A stretch of 64,000 bases of DNA, taken from contig CAYHIR010000004.1 of the NCBI GenBank assembly GCA_964356815.1, positions 842-64,841 on the forward strand, read 5' to 3'. The notes under the pieces were generated by a model. The model was not told the DNA's origin. It did not search any database and saw only the letters and a list, made by a program, of their open reading frames with translations. The position numbers and the translations under genes are program-made. The DNA is from an uncultured Candidatus Saccharibacteria bacterium (GTDB lineage Bacteria > Patescibacteriota > Minisyncoccia > Phycocordibacterales > DATGWK01). The stretch's first letter is position 1, and each line of letters begins with the position of its first letter. This document shows positions 57,656-64,000 of the stretch, in pieces.

Positions 57656-58507
57656 ATGATAAAGAAAGAATTCACAGATGTAGAGGATATTCTGGAGAAA
57701 CGCCTCAATGAGCAGGTTCAATCTGGCAAATTAGAAGGCGAACAATGGTTCAGAAATCCTCTCGGATGGCTTCTTGTGTGTTTCAATAATCCTCTGAATT
57801 TCAAGAATCCAAACGGAGAATTAGTGGTGCTTCAAAACAATCAGAATGAGATATCAAAATATATAAAGGGCTTAAACCAAATACACTACGGTGTTGGTGT
57901 AGGAGAAACAGAATTAGAAATTGTAAGATTTGAGTTAGAGCAATCGAAGGTGGTTTCATTGGAAGGGATTGATATAAACAAAACCTTTATCGAGCTTTTT
58001 GGAGAGAACCTTAAAGACAAAGAGTTTGAATTCGGGAAAAATTCTATCCAAGCAAAGCTCATCCAGGATTTATTCCAAAATTACCAGCCCTCATTTAACG
58101 GCAATACGTTGCATGTGTGCCTTGGGGGAACATTAGGAAACTTTGATGATTCAAGTAGCGAGCTCTGGAGTATTTTTCAAAAGAATTCAAAATCGGGAGA
58201 TTGCCTACTGGTTGGAGTAAAGATGGATAAATATGTAGATATAGATTTCAAGAAATATCAGACCAATTATTATTATCCAGCGTTTGTTTTGTCTCATATT
58301 AAGAACGTGGATGCATCACTTATCAAATGGCGAAAAGATGAGAATAATTATTTTAGGATGAGCTATGACGGTATTGAGGTTTTCAGAACAAGACGATTCA
58401 ATAAAGATAACCTTATAAAAGAAGCGGGTACTCATGGTTTCAAATTCGCAGATTCTTGGACATGCGAGTATGAACATTCATTAGTGGTGCTCTTTAAGAG
58501 AAACTAG
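57656..58507 (+). CDS. Hypothetical protein (AT-rich island)
   Basis: GGAGG RBS lies 6 nt before the ATG. Low GC. No recognisable domain. Confidence 0.45.
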   Translation: MIKKEFTDVEDILEKRLNEQVQSGKLEGEQWFRNPLGWLLVCFNNPLNFKNPNGELVVLQNNQNEISKYIKGLNQIHYGVGVGETELEIVRFELEQSKVVSLEGIDINKTFIELFGENLKDKEFEFGKNSIQAKLIQDLFQNYQPSFNGNTLHVCLGGTLGNFDDSSSELWSIFQKNSKSGDCLLVGVKMDKYVDIDFKKYQTNYYYPAFVLSHIKNVDASLIKWRKDENNYFRMSYDGIEVFRTRRFNKDNLIKEAGTHGFKFADSWTCEYEHSLVVLFKRN

Positions 58508-58534
58508 TTAGACCGAGGTGTTTCAGTTCGAGCT

Positions 58535-59203
58535 GTGAGCTATAATTTTCTCATGAAACATTTTGCCGAAGGTTTCCAATACAAAGTTTACGACATTGGG
58601 AACAACCGAGTTTTGAAGAAAACACAGTCGTATCTCTACACCTTCTTCAAAGTATTTGTTCTGGTAAGAGAGCGAGAAAACGCTTCTATTTTTAAAGCTT
58701 TCGTTGTCGCAGTAAATTCTAATAAAGAAAATAAAAGAGCCTTGCAAAAAATGAAAGAGAAAATGAAAGTAATTCCCCTAGATTTATTTGCTAACCCTGA
58801 ATTTATTGGAGACACCCTGAACTTTACTCAAGATAAAGTTACGCCAGTTGAGGATTATTTAATTCAAAGCAGTTTGGAAAATAATAAAAAAATTGTTGAT
58901 GGCTATATTGAATTGCAAAAATTATTTTGGTCATACGGTATTCACGATTCGGTGTATAAATTTCAACCAAATTATGGAGTTAATTCTCAGGGGAAAGTCG
59001 TTTGCATAGATTTCGGAGAATTTATATTTACAAAACTGGAGGCATTAAAGAATCTAGAAAAAGGGAAGTGGTTTTTCAGATTGTCTTACAAGAAATGGGC
59101 TGAGAGTGAAATAAAAACTTACTATACGGACGCAATGAAAAGAACCATGGTTAAAGATGTATTGCAGAAGTATTGGAATACAAAAATTCCTAACTCTGTT
59201 TAA
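58535..59203 (+). CDS. Hypothetical protein (AT-rich island)
   Basis: 222 aa. No recognisable domain. Confidence 0.45.
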   Translation: MSYNFLMKHFAEGFQYKVYDIGNNRVLKKTQSYLYTFFKVFVLVRERENASIFKAFVVAVNSNKENKRALQKMKEKMKVIPLDLFANPEFIGDTLNFTQDKVTPVEDYLIQSSLENNKKIVDGYIELQKLFWSYGIHDSVYKFQPNYGVNSQGKVVCIDFGEFIFTKLEALKNLEKGKWFFRLSYKKWAESEIKTYYTDAMKRTMVKDVLQKYWNTKIPNSV

Positions 59204-60195
59204 TTCTTTCTCATCTCAAACCACTCAATAGTTTTCTTTAATCCCTCTTCAAATTTTACTTTTGGTTTGTAGCCGAGAATTTTGTTGGCCTTGGAAATGT
59301 CGGCGTAAGAGTGGCGGACATCGCCGATACGTGTTGGGCGTTTTTCTAAATTGAGTTTTTTACCGGTGTGCGCCGTGAACCGCTCGATCATTTTCGCAGT
59401 TTGGTTGAGACTGATTCGACTGCCGCAGGCAATGTTGAAAGCCTCGCCACCGAGCCGTTTTTTTGATTTCATTGCGAGGATATTTGCCGAAACCACATTT
59501 TCGATAAAACAAAAATCACGGGTCTGATTGCCGTCGCCCTCGATGTAACCTCTAAGGAATTTTTTGTCGCCGCGGCTGGTTTTTGCGGGGAAGATTGTCT
59601 CGAGCCAAGCGGGGATTACTGCGGCGTAAGCAGTGCCGGCATATTGGCCAGGACCGAAGACGTTGAAATAGCGGAGACAGACTGTATCGAGTGATGAAAT
59701 TTCACTGGCAATGCGGCAGAAGATTTCACCGGCATATTTTTGGGCACCATACGGAGATTTTGGATTGGGAGCATTTTCCGATTCTTTGGTGGGCATTTTG
59801 GCTGCGCCGCCGTATACAGCAGATGAAGCGGAATAAATAAATCTTTTCACGTTGTGTTTTTGTGAGGTCTCAAGAAGGGCGACTGTTCCTATGGTGTTTA
59901 TCTCACTCGTTTCTCGTGGGTGTTCTATTGAGTAGGAAACGCGAGGTAGGGCGGCAAAATGAAAAATAAATTCCGGCTTGTGTTTGGCAAAAATTTTCTC
60001 AAGAAGTGCGGCGTCGAGAATTGATCCTCTGTAGAAGGTGATTGATGGCTCAATTGCACTGCGGCGGCCGGTTGAAAGATTGTCTATGCCGACTATTTCT
60101 GTGTTTGGAAATTCTTTTCTAAACTGTTTGCAGAAATTACCGCCAATAAAGCCGGCGCAACCGGTAACGAGGATGGATTTTGGTTTTGTCGACAC
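59200..60195 (-). CDS. NAD-dependent epimerase/dehydratase (UDP-sugar 4-epimerase-like)
   Basis: ILVTGCAGFIGGNF Rossmann motif and a YxxxK-type SDR fold. Size is 331 aa. Confidence 0.8.
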   Translation of the reverse strand: MSTKPKSILVTGCAGFIGGNFCKQFRKEFPNTEIVGIDNLSTGRRSAIEPSITFYRGSILDAALLEKIFAKHKPEFIFHFAALPRVSYSIEHPRETSEINTIGTVALLETSQKHNVKRFIYSASSAVYGGAAKMPTKESENAPNPKSPYGAQKYAGEIFCRIASEISSLDTVCLRYFNVFGPGQYAGTAYAAVIPAWLETIFPAKTSRGDKKFLRGYIEGDGNQTRDFCFIENVVSANILAMKSKKRLGGEAFNIACGSRISLNQTAKMIERFTAHTGKKLNLEKRPTRIGDVRHSYADISKANKILGYKPKVKFEEGLKKTIEWFEMRKN

Positions 60196-60198
60196 TTT

Positions 60199-60471
60199 TT
60201 ATTTCACCGAATCCTTGAGAGCTTTGGCGGCGCGGAATTTTGGCACGCGCATGGCTGGCACGCTGATTGCTTCGCCAGTGCGAGGATTGCGGGCTTGGCG
60301 GGCGGCGCGCATCTTGGTGGAGAAAATACCGAGACCAGCGATAGAAACCTCACCGCCACCCTTGAGAGTATCAACGATAGAGTTGATTATCATGTCAACA
60401 ACTTCTTCAGCTTGGACTTTCGTACCGCCGAGTTTTGTGTGCACAGCTTCTACGATTCCTTGTTTGTTCAT
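60199..60471 (-). CDS. hup: HU-family DNA-binding protein
   Basis: [59 protein letters not shown]. Confidence 0.9.
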   Translation of the reverse strand: [90 protein letters not shown]

Positions 60472-60616
60472 TTTTTTTGAGCTTAATTTTAAGGCTTCTT
60501 ATAATGTTTCGTAATGCTCTTTTCGCTTTAGATTATATTATAGGCCGTTTTTTAAGCAAGCGGCGACAGGATTGCCATAGAATATGGCTAATATAGGATT
60601 TTGCATCATCTGTACT

Positions 60617-61396
60617 CTAAAGTTTCCTCGCTGTGTTAAACATGTAGTCAAATATTTTTTCAAATGTTTCTCGCACACTTTCATTTTCAATAATTGTGGT
60701 AATTATGTTGTTTTTAAAGTCGATAATCGCCACCTTGTTACCATATATTGTTATCTGTGCGGGGACATCAAAATCGTCAACGATTCGCCGATCAACCAAA
60801 AACGAAGCGTCTTCTTTTCTCTGTATTTCAATGTCTGCTTCTTCTCTATTTTCACTTAAAGCGCCTGGTAATGCTCCAACAATTTTTGTTTTTAATCCAG
60901 CTGATACTCTAAGACCCCGCTGTTTTTTTATTAAAGCTTTGTTTTCAGGAAAGGTTCTGTCTAAGTGGGAACGAAACAGCTTTATGTCCTCCCCGCTCCT
61001 TATGATGTCCTGATGCAACTCTTCTAAACCGCTTAATCCCTCTCCAAAACGAACGCTAGGTTTGCCGATCGTAATGTTGTATGAAGAAATGGCGTTACCG
61101 ATTTCTGCCCTTATTTGATTGAATGAATTCTCAATAATCACCCGTTTCTCCTCTACCATATCGAGGATTCTCTGGGGGTGTTCGGCCCTGAAGATGGCAA
61201 TCTCTCCCTTATTTTCTATTTTTTGGGCGAGCTTGAGAGATGTAAGTTGATTTAAAATCTTATATACAAAACTCCTCTCCATCTCACAGAGCCTAGAAAT
61301 TCTACTTGCCGGCAAGCCTTTATTTTTAAGAAGAGCATCGTAAATTTTTGCTTGTTCTTCGGTCAATCCAGCTGATAAAAAGAGTTTTTGATACAT
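60617..61396 (-). CDS. TrmB-family transcriptional regulator
   Basis: N-terminal wHTH LTEEQAKIYDALLKNKGLPASRISRLCEMERSFVYKILNQL. Confidence 0.6.
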   Translation of the reverse strand: MYQKLFLSAGLTEEQAKIYDALLKNKGLPASRISRLCEMERSFVYKILNQLTSLKLAQKIENKGEIAIFRAEHPQRILDMVEEKRVIIENSFNQIRAEIGNAISSYNITIGKPSVRFGEGLSGLEELHQDIIRSGEDIKLFRSHLDRTFPENKALIKKQRGLRVSAGLKTKIVGALPGALSENREEADIEIQRKEDASFLVDRRIVDDFDVPAQITIYGNKVAIIDFKNNIITTIIENESVRETFEKIFDYMFNTARKL

Positions 61397-61566
61397 GGTC
61401 TTTATAAATTGTTATAGATTTGTAACAAATATATCGTATAGAAATAACGAAAAAAGTCAACATGTTATGGGTAATATAACACTAAAATTATAAAATGTTA
61501 TAAATACATTGACAAATTTAATGAATGTGATAGTGTATCTGCAGAAAGTTTTTATCTGCCTCCCTA

Positions 61567-61602
61567 AGGGGCTTCTACCCAGTAATATATCGTAGAAGCC
61601 CA
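61567..61602 (+). ncRNA. Long perfect hairpin GGGGCTTCTAC-N13-GTAGAAGCCC in the cassette leader (function unknown)
   Basis: 10 bp perfect stem, extended by CCCTAAGG/TTAAGGGG flanks. It sits where the other cassette units carry a hammerhead ribozyme. Confidence 0.4.
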
Positions 61603-61651
61603 TTAAGGGGGACGGATATGTGTTCTTTAAACCTTTTATAGGAGATTTGAA

Positions 61652-61756
61652 ATGGCCCAAGGAAAAGGTTTTGTGTTACGAATTGGCACAAGTTTAACAG
61701 TCGTCATCGTCTGTGGCCAAATGGTGAGCCTGGAAAAGCAGTGTTCCCGAAGTTGA
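61652..61756 (+). CDS. Tiny ORF (34 aa) behind the conserved GTGTTCTTT..AGGAGATTT leader
   Basis: The leader is near-identical to the one preceding ORF 62683. Manual translation gives MAQGKGFVLRIGTSLTVVIVCGQMVSLEKQCSRS. Confidence 0.3.
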   Translation: MAQGKGFVLRIGTSLTVVIVCGQMVSLEKQCSRS

Positions 61757-61775
61757 GAGCTTCGATGGAAACTCT

Positions 61776-61828
61776 CTCTGTCGCAAAGTGTGTACTTTGC
61801 CTGACGAGCTTGAAAGGGCGAAACAGAG
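61776..61828 (+). ncRNA. Type III hammerhead ribozyme (copy A)
   Basis: GUC cleavage triplet. Stem I hairpin GCAAAGU-GUGU-ACUUUGC. Core CUGACGA. Stem II GCUU-GAAA-GGGC. GAA. Stem III ACAGAG pairs with upstream CUCUGU, with an A15.1-U16.1 pair. Confidence 0.8.
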
Positions 61829-61863
61829 ATGTTCTTTCAAAAGAATTTAGCAGGAGTTCTACC

Positions 61864-62220
61864 ATGAAGGTATGCCATATCTGTGGAAACCATGGATCCG
61901 TGACCATCATTGAAATGGTCACTTGTTCCAAGGGTTGCTGCAAAGCAACTCGCAACCAATTTGGATTGAAGATCGTTGAAGGAGGAGACCCGAGCAAGTG
62001 TGGCGGTGCAGAAAAGCATGCCGCAGTCGGGATTTGTGGGAGGTGTGTTGAAGAAAAAACCTGCGGAAGATACAGTCATCTTCCAATTCCAGGAGGAAAA
62101 CAGGCACCACCCCCTGCTCTTCCACCTCGATCTTCTTCGAATTCGAAATCAGTTGTGTCTGACACATCTGATCTAGAACGACGGAGGAGAAATACTTCGG
62201 TTAGATTCCGGAGCGCTTGA
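61864..62220 (+). CDS. Cys-rich small protein (118 aa) downstream of hammerhead A
   Basis: RBS GCAGGAG then ATG. Multiple CxxC/CC pairs (CHICGN..CSKGCC..CGRCVEEKTC). The track ORF 61741 start would overlap the ribozyme. Confidence 0.5.
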   Translation: MKVCHICGNHGSVTIIEMVTCSKGCCKATRNQFGLKIVEGGDPSKCGGAEKHAAVGICGRCVEEKTCGRYSHLPIPGGKQAPPPALPPRSSSNSKSVVSDTSDLERRRRNTSVRFRSA

Positions 62221-62266
62221 TAAGCGAGTACTATCGGAAGTTTTGGGAGACTTCAAAAAAATCTCC

Positions 62267-62318
62267 CTCTGTCGTGAAGTGTGTACTTCACCTGATGAGT
62301 CTGAAAAGACGAAACAGA
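62267..62318 (+). ncRNA. Type III hammerhead ribozyme (copy B)
   Basis: GUC. Stem I GUGAAGU-GUGU-ACUUCAC. CUGAUGA. Stem II GUCU-GAAA-AGAC. GAA. Stem III ACAGA/UCUGU. Stems co-vary relative to copy A. Confidence 0.85.
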
Positions 62319-62359
62319 AAAAGTTCTTTGAATTTACACCACTGTATTGGGAGATAAAC

Positions 62360-62638
62360 ATGATGATCAAGAAGGATCAGGTTCATGCCGATTTTCTCAT
62401 TGGTGCGTGCATCCGGACAGGGTGGCCGACGGAAGAGGTGATCCCGCTTGTTTACGGGGCGTCTCAACCAGAGGTGGATCGCCTTGTCGAGCACTGTCTC
62501 GAGAGAAAAGAGTTCTCGTTGGCTTTCGACGCTACGTACCTTGGTGCGTCAGAGGCAATGAAGGACCGTGTGGTGACGGCTCACATTCAAAACCGCCGCC
62601 CATTCCCACCCGGACCACCGTCGTGGTTCCGGGAATAA
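62360..62638 (+). CDS. Small hypothetical protein (92 aa) downstream of hammerhead B
   Basis: RBS GGGAG then ATGATG. Higher-GC composition. Confidence 0.45.
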   Translation: MMIKKDQVHADFLIGACIRTGWPTEEVIPLVYGASQPEVDRLVEHCLERKEFSLAFDATYLGASEAMKDRVVTAHIQNRRPFPPGPPSWFRE

Positions 62639-62682
62639 AGACGAAACAGAAGTGTTCTTTTCACCACCACAGGAGATTTCAC

Positions 62683-62916
62683 ATGGAATTTGTCGTTATT
62701 GTGATCAAAAACACCGGTCCGGAAGGTTCGTTTGAGAGCCGTGTCAACGTCCTAGACAACACCCTCCAACCTCTCGGGTCCATTGTTTGTGTTCACCACC
62801 CCGACGATCCATCCGACCAGCGCCGGGTGCAGCTACACAACCCTTGGCATGCCGCGGATGTAGAGGAACACATCGCACGGCAAGGTTTCAAGGTGGTGAA
62901 GAGATATCGTGGTTAA
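62683..62916 (+). CDS. Small hypothetical protein (77 aa) behind a degenerate hammerhead 3' half
   Basis: Leader AGACGAAACAGAAGTGTTCTTT..AGGAGATTTCAC, then ATG. Confidence 0.45.
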   Translation: MEFVVIVIKNTGPEGSFESRVNVLDNTLQPLGSIVCVHHPDDPSDQRRVQLHNPWHAADVEEHIARQGFKVVKRYRG

Positions 62917-62957
62917 GTCCACAAACGTTTTCGGTTCACGTTAAGCAACCGAAGCCA

Positions 62958-62980
62958 CGATCAATTGATCGGGTTTTTTT
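62958..62980 (+). terminator. Rho-independent terminator (CGATCAATTGATCG hairpin + GGTTTTTTT)
   Basis: Perfect palindrome followed by a T7 run, right after the last cassette ORF. Confidence 0.55.
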
Positions 62981-63000
62981 ATTATATTTTTACCGAAAAA

Positions 63001-64000
63001 TTATCTGGCAAACTCAGTGGCCCTCATCTCGCGGATGACGTTGACCTTTATCTCGCCTGGGTATTTGAGCTCGTTTTCGACGCGTAAAGCTATATTTCTA
63101 GCCATTTCTTTGGCTTCGAGGTCGGAAACTTGGGCAGGGAATACGAAGACGCGGATTTCGCGGCCGGCTTGGAGAGCGTACGATTTTTCTACGCCGGCAA
63201 AGGAGCTGGCTACTGCCTCGAGCTCGGAAAGGCGCTTGAGATAGTTTTCAACGCTATCGCGGCGGGCGCCAGGGCGACTACCAGAGATGGCGTCGGCAGT
63301 TTGGACAATAATAGACTCAATAGTCTCATACGGATATTCTCCATGATGAGCCTGCATGGCTTTGATGATTTCTTCGCTGGCGCCAAATTTTTGCAAGATG
63401 CGGCGGCCGATTTCTACATGCGAGCCAGCCACTTCATGATCGACAGCTTTGCCGATATCGTGAAGAAGGGCGCCAGCTTTTGCCACGGCCACATTTGCGC
63501 CGAGCTCTTCAGCGAGCATGCCGGCGATATGTGTCATTTCTATAGAATGCTGAAGCACATTTTGTCCGTAGCTTGTGCGGAAATGAAGGCGGCCGACGAT
63601 AGAAACAATGCGCGGGTCTAAGTTGAACACTCCCGCTTCATAAACGGCTTGTTCACCTTTTTCTTTTATAATTTTGTCTATCTCTTGTTTGGCTTTTTCA
63701 ACCATCTCCTCAATTTTCGCAGGTTGAATACGTCCATCTTGAATGAGATTTTCGAGAGCAACGCGCGCTAGCTGGCGGCGTACTGGGTCGAAAGAGGAGA
63801 TAGTGATGGCGCCTGGTGTATCGTCGACAATTATTTCCACACCCGTAGCGCGCTCGAAGGCCTTGATGTTTCGTCCTTCTTTACCAATAATTTTGCCCTT
63901 CACTTCGTCTGAAGGAATCGGCACGATGGTCGTCATAATTTCCGAAGACACAGAAGTGGCAAGGCGTTGAATAGTGACAGCCAAAATATCTTTGGCGCGG
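63001..64000 (-). CDS. rny: Ribonuclease Y, C-terminal part; N-terminus lies outside the window
   Basis: KH domain (KGKIIGKEGRNIKAFERATGVEIIVDDTPGAITISSFDPVRRQLARVALENLIQDGRIQPAKIEEMVEKAK). HD domain (LLHDIGKAVDHE). Confidence 0.85.
   Translation of the reverse strand, partial: RAKDILAVTIQRLATSVSSEIMTTIVPIPSDEVKGKIIGKEGRNIKAFERATGVEIIVDDTPGAITISSFDPVRRQLARVALENLIQDGRIQPAKIEEMVEKAKQEIDKIIKEKGEQAVYEAGVFNLDPRIVSIVGRLHFRTSYGQNVLQHSIEMTHIAGMLAEELGANVAVAKAGALLHDIGKAVDHEVAGSHVEIGRRILQKFGASEEIIKAMQAHHGEYPYETIESIIVQTADAISGSRPGARRDSVENYLKRLSELEAVASSFAGVEKSYALQAGREIRVFVFPAQVSDLEAKEMARNIALRVENELKYPGEIKVNVIREMRATEFAR

Noticed and set aside
61509-61540. Candidate promoter TTGACA (61509) for the ribozyme cassette
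   Set aside because: No acceptable -10 hexamer lies at 16-18 nt spacing; the best is GATAGT/AGTGTA. Too weak to annotate.
61741-62220. Track ORF start at 61741 (159 aa) for the Cys-rich protein
   Set aside because: The first 41 codons overlap the hammerhead ribozyme A. The Met at 61864, preceded by a GGAG RBS, is the more likely start.
1-64000. CRISPR arrays, IS elements/transposases, rRNA genes
   Set aside because: No regularly spaced direct repeats were found. No transposase-like ORFs or terminal inverted repeats were found. No rRNA-like conserved stretches were seen in this window.

Overview
This 64 kb window looks like the replication-origin region of a small-genome bacterium, most likely a member of the Candidate Phyla Radiation (Patescibacteria). 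Both dnaA and dnaN lie on the minus strand, with tandem DnaA boxes between them, and the rpmH-rnpA-yidC genes run divergently. Many of the genes in the window encode secreted or membrane proteins, and there is an expanded Liv-type uptake system. Scattered housekeeping genes include a PBP1A fragment, rsmA, pcrA, comM, rpsO, xth, cca, HU, an RNase Y fragment and four tRNAs.

Two accessory systems stand out. The first is a ~14 kb co-directional minus-strand cluster at 10030..24001. It encodes a type IV secretion-like apparatus: a PrgI/VirB3-like protein, a VirB4 ATPase encoded as two ORFs, a VirB6-like polytopic protein, and a pilin-like two-helix module. It also contains an inserted AbiE toxin-antitoxin pair and a BacNaV-like voltage-gated ion channel. 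The second is a compact higher-GC cassette at about 61500..62990 in which small ORFs are each preceded by a conserved leader. Two of those leaders contain complete type III hammerhead ribozymes whose stems show compensatory changes between copies.

Other points of interest are a Liv-type ABC transporter locus with eight paralogous substrate-binding proteins, interrupted by a TrmB regulator, a methyltransferase and a solitary MazF-like toxin. A tRNA-punctuated island carries a YraN-like gene studded with TTTCACGTGAAA palindromes. A TATAAAGGACA motif recurs around cca and the tRNAs. No rRNA, CRISPR or IS element is evident.
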